Positions 49,739 through 58,782 of a stretch of DNA of 64,000 nucleotides are shown here, piece after piece. The notes under the pieces were generated by a model. That model was not told the origin of the DNA, did not search any database, and was given only the letters and a program-made list of their open reading frames with translations. Positions within the stretch are counted from its first letter, which is position 1, and the number at the start of each line of letters is the position of its first letter. The DNA comes from Planctomycetota bacterium. Lineage in GTDB: Bacteria; Planctomycetota; UBA8108; SXIK01. A program made the translations under genes and the position numbers. The stretch spans positions 4,608,001-4,672,000 of the forward strand of contig CBDCXR010000004.1 in the NCBI GenBank assembly GCA_965223845.1, written 5' to 3'.

Positions 49739-51280
49739 ATGCGAGTGTTTCGAGCGGGCCTCCTCGCCCTCCTGGTCGCGGTGCTCAGCGGGTCTGCGCT
49801 CTCCGCCGAAAGCCGTCCGCCAACCAACATCGTCTGGATCATCGTCGAGGACATGTCGGCGAACTTCGGCTGCTACGGCGAGAAGACGATCGCGACACCG
49901 AACGTTGATCGCCTCGCGCGCGAGGGGATCCGATTTACGAACGCGGTTGTCACGGCGCCCGTCTGCTCGGCCGCGCGTTCTGCGCTCATCACCGGCATGT
50001 ATCAGTCGTCCATCGGAGCTCACCACCACCGCAGCGGCCGCGGCGTGGAGAAGATCCGACTCCCCGATCACGTGAGGACGGTGCCGCGTCTCTTCAAGAA
50101 CGCCGGGTATCTCGTCCTCAATCTCTCGATCCAAGAGTTCGCCGGCCCGTCCCCGAACGAAAGCCGTGCCGCTGCACGGACGCGGGGTCAGGGGAAGAAC
50201 GGCACGCGCGTGAGAATCGCGAAGACCGACTACAACTTCGAGTGGGACGCGGACGATTTCGATCACACGCACTGGTCCTCGCGCCCGGAGGGGCAGCCGT
50301 TCTTTGCGCAGGTCCAGCTCCGCGGGGGAAAGCTCCGCGGCGGCGGCGACGGCAAGCGCTGGCCGAAAACCGTCGAGAAGACACTCGGGAGCACGACACC
50401 GGCAAGCGCGGTGCGCCTACCCCCGTATCTGCCCGCGGATCCCGTCATCGTCGAGGACTGGCGGCAGTATCTCGACGCCGTGCGCTTCACGGACCATGAG
50501 GTCGGGCGCATCGTCGAGCGGCTGCGGGAGAGTGGCGAGCTCGAGCGGACCTACATCTTCTTCATCACCGATCACGGCATCAGTCACGTCCGCAACAAGC
50601 AGTTCTGCTACGACGGAGGCGTCCACATCCCCTTCGTGGTTCGGGGACCCGGCCTCGAGCCCGGCACGACGCGCGAGGACCCGGTCGAGCACATCGACCT
50701 CGCCGCGACCTCGCTCGGTCTCGCGGGCGTAGCGATCCCCGGGTGGATGCAGGCGCGGAACGTGCTCGCGAAGAACTATCGGCCGCGGACGTTCGCATTC
50801 TCGGCTCGCGATCGCTGCGACGAAACCGTCGACCGGATCCGCTCGGTGCGGAGCGGACGCTACAAGTACATTCGCAACTTCTACCCGAAGCGACCGTATC
50901 TTCAGCCGAATCGCTACAAGGACAACAAGCCGATCCTGAAGGCGATGCGACGTCTTCACGCGGCCGGCGAGCTGAATGCCGAGCGAGCGCGCATCATGGC
51001 GGAGTCGCGACCGCCAGAGGAGCTCTACGACCTTCGGGACGATCCGCACGAAGGGAAGAATCTAGCCGCGTCGGTGGAGCACCGACCACAGCTCGAGAGG
51101 ATGCGAGCGGCGCTCGATGACTGGATCCGAGCGACGAAGGACCGCGCTGAGAGCCCCGAGCCCGCTGCGATGTACGACAGCGATATGGCGAAGTACCTCA
51201 AAGAGAAGCGCGGGGAGCAAGGGGAGATCTTGCGGCGCAACATCGCGACGATGAAGGCTTGGGCGCGTGCGGGTCGCTAG
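49739..51280 (+). CDS. Sulfatase (S1 family), secreted
   Basis: NIVWIIVED, PVCSAARSALITGMY, TDHG, EELYDL. Confidence 0.92.
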   Translation: MRVFRAGLLALLVAVLSGSALSAESRPPTNIVWIIVEDMSANFGCYGEKTIATPNVDRLAREGIRFTNAVVTAPVCSAARSALITGMYQSSIGAHHHRSGRGVEKIRLPDHVRTVPRLFKNAGYLVLNLSIQEFAGPSPNESRAAARTRGQGKNGTRVRIAKTDYNFEWDADDFDHTHWSSRPEGQPFFAQVQLRGGKLRGGGDGKRWPKTVEKTLGSTTPASAVRLPPYLPADPVIVEDWRQYLDAVRFTDHEVGRIVERLRESGELERTYIFFITDHGISHVRNKQFCYDGGVHIPFVVRGPGLEPGTTREDPVEHIDLAATSLGLAGVAIPGWMQARNVLAKNYRPRTFAFSARDRCDETVDRIRSVRSGRYKYIRNFYPKRPYLQPNRYKDNKPILKAMRRLHAAGELNAERARIMAESRPPEELYDLRDDPHEGKNLAASVEHRPQLERMRAALDDWIRATKDRAESPEPAAMYDSDMAKYLKEKRGEQGEILRRNIATMKAWARAGR

Positions 51281-51372
51281 GGGCGAGCGGCGGATGCGTC
51301 CCTTCGCGACCTTCGTGTGAAACTCTTTTCAGAGATCGGGGTGTCTTCGGGCCGTCAGGCGCCACCGAGCAC

Positions 51373-54180
51373 TCAGTCCGATCCTGAAGTCGCCGGCGCG
51401 CCGAAGAACGTCGCCGCGTTCCCGCGAAGCCCCCCGTCGGCGTCGATCCACGAGTCGAGGACGATTCCCGTCGATGGATCCGTCAGGCGGCGGATCAGAG
51501 TCTGACCGAGCGGTCCGCAGACGTCGGGATCCGTCGCGCCGTCCCGGAGGTTCGGACCCGCGCCCGGTTCGAGAAATGCGTGATTGTTTGAACCGTTCGA
51601 GACGCCGTTTTCGTTCACGATGCGATCGAGGTTGAATCGGACGCTCGCCGGGTCGAACACCTTCGATGCAGGTGCGACGTCGTCGCAGCCGTACCGATTG
51701 ACATCGTTGTCGAGCGGGTTGACGGCGCAGCCGTTCGCGTCGAACAGATAGAGTCCGGTGCCGAGCCCCGCGACCATGTGCACCCAGAAGGGCGAATCCA
51801 TTTGATTGCCGGGATTGCGTCCGATGTGCTCCTGGAGAAGAGCGAAGTCGAGCGCGCCGAAATCGTTCGCCTGAATCGCCGTGCGAAACGTGTCGTACTC
51901 GGTCCCGTACTGAGTGATCGCGTTCTCGGTCAGATGGCAGCTCACGCAGTAGCGCGGCCCTTCGTTGTCGTCGGTCACCCGACCGCGGATCGAGTGCGGC
52001 ATCATCGCGTTATGGCTTAGCGATGGATACGGGTTCGACGGATCGTTCCCGGAGCCGTTGCGGTCATTGAACGCGAAGACATCCGAGCGGACGTCGTTCT
52101 GATCGCGGTAGCGGAAGAACGTCTCCGTGTTCGGGCTGATCGGGCTGATCTTGTTGTGAGCGTCCACGCCGAGCTGAAATGGGACCGGGGTCTGGTAAAC
52201 GAACTCGGCGAAGCGCTCGCGGAAGACGATGCGATCCCCCGTGATGTTGCTGAAGTTATTCCCCGTGTTGTACTCGCCCTCGAGGTGACAGCCGATGCAG
52301 CCGTTCGTCCAGGAAGCGTGGCAGGAGACGCAGCTCATATTGTCGCCGTGGCTGAAGCCCGACGTCACGCCGCCGGTTTGCTGCGGACCGATTCCCGTCG
52401 ACGGATCACCGTCGGCCCGCCCCATCGCGTACGACGCGCGTTCGTTGTAGATCGGCTGTCCGTCGAGCGGGTTCGTCCGCCCATTGTCGACGACGACATC
52501 GCGCGTCTGCGGGACGTAGTGGCGCCGTCCGGTCAAGCGGCTCACGAGGAAGTAGTGCCCGGCCCCGTCTCGCGTCACATGACGGAGCGGCTGACCGTCG
52601 GAGTCCGTCGCCATGACGGCGAGCCGGCCGTCGTACGTCGTTCCGGTCGTCGTCTGGGCGTAGGCCTCTGCCGTCCCGTGGCAGCTCTCGCAGCGGATGG
52701 CGACCGCCTGCTCCTGCCGACTCAGAATCTGGAGATCGTTCGGATCGCCGACTCGACCGCCGTGGAGATCGTGACTGCCATGGCAGTCGATGCAGCCGAG
52801 ACCGGCCTCGTAGTGGACGTCCGGCGGCGTGTCGTCGCGAAGGTCGCCGTCGTAGTCTTCCATGAGGAGGTACTGAGCGCCGTTTCGCCCGTTGAAGGTT
52901 CGATTGCCGACGACCGGGTCGAAGAGACGCGTGTCATTGAAGCTGAACTGAAAGCGCACGGGGTTCGCGGGGTATTGCACTCGCCGGGCGACGTCCCGGT
53001 TCTGATCGAGACGGATTCCCCAGTACTGCATCACCGTTCGATTCGATCCCTGATGGCAGCCCGCACAGGTGTAGTCGTCGATTCCCTCGACGACCTCACC
53101 GCTCGGGAGAGTCTGCGCGATGCTCGCGATCATGTGACGACGCACGTGCGCTCGCTCCGGCGGATCGATGTCGTCGGGATCGAGGGGCTCGAACTTATTG
53201 ATCCGCGGGTCCGTACTCCGGCTGCGCCCGTCGAGCGAGTAGCGCATATGGCACGCGGTACAACCCGACGAGCGGAAATCGCCGTAGCGGTTGTTCGCCC
53301 CCGCGCTCCCGAGATGACAATCGCCGCAGGTGAACGCCACCTGCTCGTGGTAGAGATTCGCTAGCGGCGATCCCGTCCGGAGCCGTCCGTCGGGCTCGAA
53401 GCTGAGCGGGAGGTCCGTCGACGCGTAGACTCCCGAATTGTTGAAAATATCGTCGGCGTTCGTTCCGCCGAATCGACTGAACACCGGAAACTCCATGAGC
53501 TCCGCGACCGGCCCCACACGGTTCGGATCGAATGCGAACGCCGCATCCAGATTCGCGCGGAACCCGAGATCCGCGGCCGTGTTCTCGTAGAGACCGACGT
53601 TTCCCGGGACCTGATTCGGGACGCCCGCCGCGTACATCGCACCCGACAGAACGCCGGCTTCCGTCGCGAGAAGACTCTTCTCTACGCAGTCGACGTGCGG
53701 CTTGTGGCACTGACCGCAGCTGCGTCCGTCCGTGACGACGCGGAGATCGCCGGGATTGACGAATTGGAGGTAGTCGAGCGCCGAGTACGTCGTCCCGCCG
53801 ACGTCGTAGTCCGCGAACTTGTCGATTCCGGTGAGCGTGAGTCGGTTGAAGTACGCATGGCGATTGAAGCGCTGATTCTCTCGGTCCCCGATTTCCGGTG
53901 GCGGCGGAACGTGGGCGCCGAGCTCCGTCTGCGCGGTGCCGTCACCGCCGTGACACTCGGTGCACTTCAGCGTGGCCGCGCCGGGGAACGGATGCGGATT
54001 CTCGAGTCCCGGACCCGAGTAGTCGTCGTGCAGCCCGCCGTTGTGACAACGCATGCACGACTCGGCGGTAGCCGCCTGCGGCGTTACTCGCTCGTCCTCG
54101 TCACCGGAATTGTCCGAGCAGCCGCACAGAGTGAAGCCGACCAGCGTGGCGCTCAGCGCTAGTGTCGCGAGTCGTTCCAT
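51373..54180 (-). CDS. 11-heme c-type cytochrome lipoprotein (about 935 aa)
   Basis: Lipobox TLCGC; CMRCH, CTECH, CGQCH, CGDCH, CTACH, CAGCH, CIDCH, CESCH, CVSCH, CIGCH, CVSCH. Confidence 0.9.
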   Translation of the reverse strand: MERLATLALSATLVGFTLCGCSDNSGDEDERVTPQAATAESCMRCHNGGLHDDYSGPGLENPHPFPGAATLKCTECHGGDGTAQTELGAHVPPPPEIGDRENQRFNRHAYFNRLTLTGIDKFADYDVGGTTYSALDYLQFVNPGDLRVVTDGRSCGQCHKPHVDCVEKSLLATEAGVLSGAMYAAGVPNQVPGNVGLYENTAADLGFRANLDAAFAFDPNRVGPVAELMEFPVFSRFGGTNADDIFNNSGVYASTDLPLSFEPDGRLRTGSPLANLYHEQVAFTCGDCHLGSAGANNRYGDFRSSGCTACHMRYSLDGRSRSTDPRINKFEPLDPDDIDPPERAHVRRHMIASIAQTLPSGEVVEGIDDYTCAGCHQGSNRTVMQYWGIRLDQNRDVARRVQYPANPVRFQFSFNDTRLFDPVVGNRTFNGRNGAQYLLMEDYDGDLRDDTPPDVHYEAGLGCIDCHGSHDLHGGRVGDPNDLQILSRQEQAVAIRCESCHGTAEAYAQTTTGTTYDGRLAVMATDSDGQPLRHVTRDGAGHYFLVSRLTGRRHYVPQTRDVVVDNGRTNPLDGQPIYNERASYAMGRADGDPSTGIGPQQTGGVTSGFSHGDNMSCVSCHASWTNGCIGCHLEGEYNTGNNFSNITGDRIVFRERFAEFVYQTPVPFQLGVDAHNKISPISPNTETFFRYRDQNDVRSDVFAFNDRNGSGNDPSNPYPSLSHNAMMPHSIRGRVTDDNEGPRYCVSCHLTENAITQYGTEYDTFRTAIQANDFGALDFALLQEHIGRNPGNQMDSPFWVHMVAGLGTGLYLFDANGCAVNPLDNDVNRYGCDDVAPASKVFDPASVRFNLDRIVNENGVSNGSNNHAFLEPGAGPNLRDGATDPDVCGPLGQTLIRRLTDPSTGIVLDSWIDADGGLRGNAATFFGAPATSGSD

Positions 54181-54286
54181 CGCATTCCACCGTTCAAGCC
54201 CAGTCGGGCCCGTAAACTCTGCGCCCGCTATCGCAGTCGCCGGCTCACGAACCGCCCCGATGCAAAAAGTTCCCGCGGGGGGGAAT

Positions 54287-54303
54287 CGCAATCGGTACGC
54301 CAA
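54287..54303 (-). promoter_or_regulatory. Putative sigma54 promoter of the 11-heme cytochrome gene
   Basis: Minus strand TTGGCGTACCGATTGCG (TGGC-N7-TTGC). Confidence 0.6.
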
Positions 54304-54325
54304 GACGCGATGGGATTCGGCCCCT

Positions 54326-54360
54326 CGGGACATCCGCTCGAGAATCTCGAGGATGTCCCG
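54326..54360. promoter_or_regulatory. Long imperfect palindrome (terminator or activator-binding site)
   Basis: CGGGACATCC(GC)TCGAGA-A-TCTCGA-GGATGTCCCG: 16-bp stem with a 2-nt bulge. Confidence 0.5.
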
Positions 54361-54472
54361 GAAGGAGAGTAGGATGCGAATCGGCGGAGCGCTCATCGGC
54401 GCGGACGGAAAGCCGCGCTTAGGGCGGCGATCGACCAGGACGATTTACCTGACCGGGGCGATTTCGGGGCAG

Positions 54473-56161
54473 CTACCAGCGGAACGTGAGCGCGACGTCC
54501 GCGAAGATCCGGCTCGCTTCGCTCGTATCCGAATACGCGACTCCGGCGGCGAGAAGCCAGGCGCGGGAGAGACGCCAGTGGAAGCGGAGCGAAGCGTCGA
54601 CGACGTGCTGCTCGGCGCGGACTCGACCGAAGAAGTTCGCCCCGCGGGTGGTGAACTCGGTGTAGCGGTAGCCGACGGCGGGCTCGACGATGAATCGATG
54701 CTCAGCGAAGGGAAGATAAAACGAGACGCGGCCGCCGAAGCCCTCGTGCCGCATTCCGTGAAGATTAAAGGCCGATAGCGTCAGACTTCCCGCGGGGAGA
54801 CCCGGCAGTCCGACGCGCGTGAGCGAGACGTTGCCGCGCCAAACGTTGTCCGCGCTCGAATCGAGGAACGCGATCTCTTCGGAGAGGCGCAGGCTACCCG
54901 GAAGCTGATGCGAAGCTCCGATCCAGTAGCGCCAGAAGCCCGAGTCGATCCACTCGTTCTCGTCGAGGTTGCCGATGTCGAGCGCGTCGCGTTCGCCCTC
55001 GGTATCGGGGAGCTCGTGCTTGTCCACGCCGCCGCGGAGTGTGAGCGCGGGACCAAAATCGCGAGTGAGGAGAACGTTGAGTCGTGTCAATCGAACCGGT
55101 CCGCGGTCCGCCTCGGCTGCACCGACGTCGACGTCCACCTCCGACGAAGCGTACGCCGTGAACTCGTCGCGATCGAGCCGCTGATCGACGAGGAGCGCGA
55201 GTCGGTCGGGGCTCCAGCGGTAGAGGGAGCCGAGAAGTCCGGCCGTCATCGAATAGTACTTCGCCCCCGGATCCCCGGACTCGTATGTGAGGTACGGGAC
55301 GACGACGAGCTCGTCCGCGCGGAAGTCGAGATCGTTTCTTCCCGGACGGAAGCCGACCACCGACCCGAAGCGCGTCGCATCGCCGGTGACCTGCTCCGCT
55401 TGAATGCCATCGATGAATCCGACGCCGGGCAGCTCGCGAGGGACGAATCGTCCGAACCGGAGCCAACGCTCGTCGATCCGGCGGTGGAAGGAGAGGCGAT
55501 AGAGCTCGAAGCGAAGTCCCTCGTAGCGGCTGCCGTCGTAGCCGGATCCGTCGCGAAACGCGACATCTCCCGACCATTCGAGCGTCCAGGGCGTGCCTTC
55601 GACGTACTCGAGGGAACCGCTCGAACGCGCACGGGTCGCGTAGAAGTCGTGCTCGTCGGACGCCATCTGATACGCCTGCCGGAGCGTGAGCGAACCTTGA
55701 AAGAGATTTCGCTTCTCACTCGTCCCGGTCGAGTAGAGCTGGAGACGACCCATCAAGGGAACGAAGGAATCGTCCCGATCGCCCTTGAGCGTTTTCGATC
55801 GCTCCCGCTCGCCCTCTTCCGCGACCGCCAGGGCGTCGGCGTGGAGAATCAGATCATCTCCCGCTGCGAGCTTGTTCTGCCGGCGGTCCTCGACGATCTC
55901 GAGAAACACCGACGACTTCGACGTGAGACCGATCCGCACGGTCGCGACGCGATTCCCTTCGAACTCGAGCCAGCCTTCCCCGCCTTCGACGAGTTTCGTT
56001 CCGGAGCCGATCTCCACGTAGACGCCATCGGTCGTCTCGTAGAGATAGCGGCACGGGATCGCTGATTCGTCTCCGAACGCTCGAGACGCGGTGACACACA
56101 GCACGACGACGAGCGCCGCGCGAAGCGTGTGGTTCAGTGCTCTCGAGGACGCGGAAACCAT
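54473..56161 (-). CDS. Putative outer-membrane beta-barrel (porin of a porin-cytochrome complex)
   Basis: Signal peptide (ASRAFG); alternating aromatic/hydrophobic strands; BAM-type C-terminal ADVALTFRW; small N-terminal beta domain. Confidence 0.75.
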   Translation of the reverse strand: MVSASSRALNHTLRAALVVVLCVTASRAFGDESAIPCRYLYETTDGVYVEIGSGTKLVEGGEGWLEFEGNRVATVRIGLTSKSSVFLEIVEDRRQNKLAAGDDLILHADALAVAEEGERERSKTLKGDRDDSFVPLMGRLQLYSTGTSEKRNLFQGSLTLRQAYQMASDEHDFYATRARSSGSLEYVEGTPWTLEWSGDVAFRDGSGYDGSRYEGLRFELYRLSFHRRIDERWLRFGRFVPRELPGVGFIDGIQAEQVTGDATRFGSVVGFRPGRNDLDFRADELVVVPYLTYESGDPGAKYYSMTAGLLGSLYRWSPDRLALLVDQRLDRDEFTAYASSEVDVDVGAAEADRGPVRLTRLNVLLTRDFGPALTLRGGVDKHELPDTEGERDALDIGNLDENEWIDSGFWRYWIGASHQLPGSLRLSEEIAFLDSSADNVWRGNVSLTRVGLPGLPAGSLTLSAFNLHGMRHEGFGGRVSFYLPFAEHRFIVEPAVGYRYTEFTTRGANFFGRVRAEQHVVDASLRFHWRLSRAWLLAAGVAYSDTSEASRIFADVALTFRW

Positions 56162-56198
56162 CGGGATTCGGTCGGACGCGGGCGAAAGTGCCCCTTCC

Positions 56199-57086
56199 TC
56201 ACCTCCAAGCGACCGTGTTGTGACAGTCGAGGCAGTTCGTCGAAAAGCCATTCGCGACGTGATTCGGCGCGTTCACGTAATCGTTCTGGTGACAGGCGAA
56301 GCAGTTTGGATCGAGCGGTGTGAACTGCCCGCTCGCGTGACACTGCGTGCAGTCGAGACCGGCGTGCCCATCGACGAGCGGGAAGGCACTGTGGTCGAAA
56401 CCGCGCGCAGTCCAGGCGAGCGGGGTGTGACATCTCTGGCAGTCGTAGTGCCAGCCGTTGATTACGTGCGGCGGCGACGCGCGCGCGGCGTCTCGCTGAT
56501 GGCAGAATTCACACTCGGGCTGAGTGCCCCGATACTCTCCGAGCGTCGCTCGCTCGTGGCAGGTCTCGCAGGGGGTGATCGCGTGCGCTCCGACCAATGG
56601 AAACCGCGTGCGCGCGTGATCCGCGATCAGCCCGCCGGGACGCCAATGCTCCTCGCCGTGACACTCCGTGCACGCGTTGCCGAGATTGCCGCGGTGCGGA
56701 TCGACGTGACACCCTCCGCATCCCCGCGCAACGTAGGCCTGAACGGGTCCCAGATCGTTGTGGCAAAGAAGACAGTTCGTTTCTGCGTGGGCACCTCGAA
56801 GCGGATGACCGGTCTCCTTCTCGTGATCGAAGGTGAAATCGTCGCGAATCTCGTGCCAGGAGTCCGCGACGTGACAGGTCGAGCATTCCATCGAGAAGTT
56901 GTCGTGCGGCACCACGGGCCCCCACGACTGTTTCCAACTGTTCGGGGGCACGAAGGTCTCGCAGCACACGACTCCGAGAAACGCTGCAAGGGTCGCGAAC
57001 CACACGAGTAGCCGCCCCGCCCGAAGGAGGCGGACGCGATGCGCGCGCGGCTCGATGGAATCGAATCTATTCGGAGCTGAATTCAT
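56199..57086 (-). CDS. Decaheme c-type cytochrome
   Basis: 10 CxxCH in 295 aa; repeating (F)DH-x-T-x-FPL-x-GAH-x3-CxxCH units; N-terminal hydrophobic signal ending VVCC. Confidence 0.92.
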   Translation of the reverse strand: MNSAPNRFDSIEPRAHRVRLLRAGRLLVWFATLAAFLGVVCCETFVPPNSWKQSWGPVVPHDNFSMECSTCHVADSWHEIRDDFTFDHEKETGHPLRGAHAETNCLLCHNDLGPVQAYVARGCGGCHVDPHRGNLGNACTECHGEEHWRPGGLIADHARTRFPLVGAHAITPCETCHERATLGEYRGTQPECEFCHQRDAARASPPHVINGWHYDCQRCHTPLAWTARGFDHSAFPLVDGHAGLDCTQCHASGQFTPLDPNCFACHQNDYVNAPNHVANGFSTNCLDCHNTVAWR

Positions 57087-58782
57087 GGCAGCTCTGACAC
57101 TCCGTTCCCAGCGGCTTGTAGTGAACGACCTCTTCGCCTTCGACCTCGACGCGGCGGTGACACTTCGAGCACTTCACCTTTTCGTGCGCTCCGTCGAGCT
57201 TGAACTGCGATTGCGTGTTGTGATCGAACGTCGTGATCGTCCAGAGCTCGAAGGATCGATGGCACGACGAACAGCTCTCGTAGTCGCGGAACTGGCCACG
57301 GTGTACGTCGCGGTGGCAGCCGCCGCAGTCCCGCGGCGTCCCCTCGTAGCGACGCACGACGCCTTCGACCCCGGGGCTTTCGATCTGCACGTGGCAGTCG
57401 TTGCAAAGCGCCTTCGCGTGGCCACCCTCTAAGGCGTAGTTCGACGCCTTTGCGTGGTCGTACGGCCGGATCTCGAAGCTGACCGCGTCCTTTCGGTGGC
57501 AGGAGTCACAGTCGCCGGTTTCGATCTCGCGGCTGAACTGCGGTCCGTGAGGAGTCGCATGGCACCCCTTGCAGCTCTTGCTCGTCCCGACGAAGCGTCG
57601 CGTCTTCTCGTCGGCGGGAATCGTGTGACACGCCGAACACGCGGTCGCTCGATGCGCCCCGGAAAGGGCAAACGCCGAGGAATGGTCGTCGACTCCGAAC
57701 GCGGCGGGAAGGAATCCCGACGGACTGTGACAACCGACGCAATTCGCCCCCTTCTCGCCGAACTGCCCGAGGTGCTCGTCGCGGTGGCAGGCCGCACAAT
57801 TGAGCTGGTTTCGAGCGTAGCCGGGAACGGCCGGATCGTGATAGCGCTCCTCGAGCGTCAACTCGTGTGGATGGCATCCGGCGCAGGCGACACCGTCGTG
57901 CGGTACGCCGAGCTTGAATCCGGTCTGTGCGTGAAGCGCGTCCGAGACGTGGAGCATCGCGCCCCGCCAGTGACTCTCCGAAAGCTGGTGGCAATCGCGA
58001 CAATTGCCCACGAACGTGTGGTGAGGCGATCGATGGCAGCTTTCGCAGTCTCGGCCCCGCACCCGGTCGAAGGGAAACGGATGCGGACGACGCCGATCGT
58101 CAGCTTCCGGCAGTACGTGACACTCGGCGCACTCGAGGCGCTCATGCCCTCCCTCGAGCGGAAACTTCGCGCCGTGATCGAACCCGACCGTGGGACGGAA
58201 CCACTCCTGCCCGTGACACGAGCTGCAGTCTCCGCTGATGCCGTCGGTGTGCACATCTTCGTGGCAGGCGGTGCACTCCTGCGTGAGACCGAGAAAGGAC
58301 TCCGCTCGCTTGTGATGACCGAACTCTCCACCGAGAGAGAACTCGCTGTCGCGTTTTTCCGTATGGCACTCCGAGCAATCGAGCTGCTCGTGCTTGCCGG
58401 CGAGCTTGAACTCCGTGTGAGGATGGCGGTAGGCCGCTTTCACATATGGCCCCCACGACGCCTCGCTGACGAGGTCGAACGACGCGCCGTTGTGCTCCGA
58501 GTGGCACGATCGACACGCCACCTCATCGTCGAGGAGAAAATGGTGGATCCCGCTGCCGCCCCAGATCTGAGCGGCGATCTCCTGGTGGCAATCGAGGCAT
58601 CCTTCCGCGAGGCCGCCTTCGCTGTGGCAGTGAACGCACCCCTCGGCGGTCGTGAGCTTTCTCACCTTCGCGTGGGCAGACGAAAGTCCGCCGGGCATCG
58701 GTGCATACTTCGCGAGCATCGCCACGAGGACGAGAATGATCACGGTGCCGACGGCGATCGGTGTCTTGGGATTGAGAAGCAT
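57067..58782 (-). CDS. 20-heme c-type cytochrome with N-terminal membrane anchor or signal
   Basis: 20 CxxCH in 571 aa, arranged as triheme repeats with F-x-L-x-G-x-H linkers. Confidence 0.93.
   Translation of the reverse strand: MLLNPKTPIAVGTVIILVLVAMLAKYAPMPGGLSSAHAKVRKLTTAEGCVHCHSEGGLAEGCLDCHQEIAAQIWGGSGIHHFLLDDEVACRSCHSEHNGASFDLVSEASWGPYVKAAYRHPHTEFKLAGKHEQLDCSECHTEKRDSEFSLGGEFGHHKRAESFLGLTQECTACHEDVHTDGISGDCSSCHGQEWFRPTVGFDHGAKFPLEGGHERLECAECHVLPEADDRRRPHPFPFDRVRGRDCESCHRSPHHTFVGNCRDCHQLSESHWRGAMLHVSDALHAQTGFKLGVPHDGVACAGCHPHELTLEERYHDPAVPGYARNQLNCAACHRDEHLGQFGEKGANCVGCHSPSGFLPAAFGVDDHSSAFALSGAHRATACSACHTIPADEKTRRFVGTSKSCKGCHATPHGPQFSREIETGDCDSCHRKDAVSFEIRPYDHAKASNYALEGGHAKALCNDCHVQIESPGVEGVVRRYEGTPRDCGGCHRDVHRGQFRDYESCSSCHRSFELWTITTFDHNTQSQFKLDGAHEKVKCSKCHRRVEVEGEEVVHYKPLGTECQSCHEFSSE

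Noticed and set aside
49950-50000. Sulfatase CSAAR motif as a novel variant
   Set aside because: CxAxR is a known alternative to CxPxR in formylglycine sulfatases.
54473-57086. Calling the decaheme and porin mtrA/mtrB
   Set aside because: The heme count matches, but the spacing is a triheme FPLxGxH repeat unlike MtrA, and the barrel is shorter than MtrB; symbols withheld.
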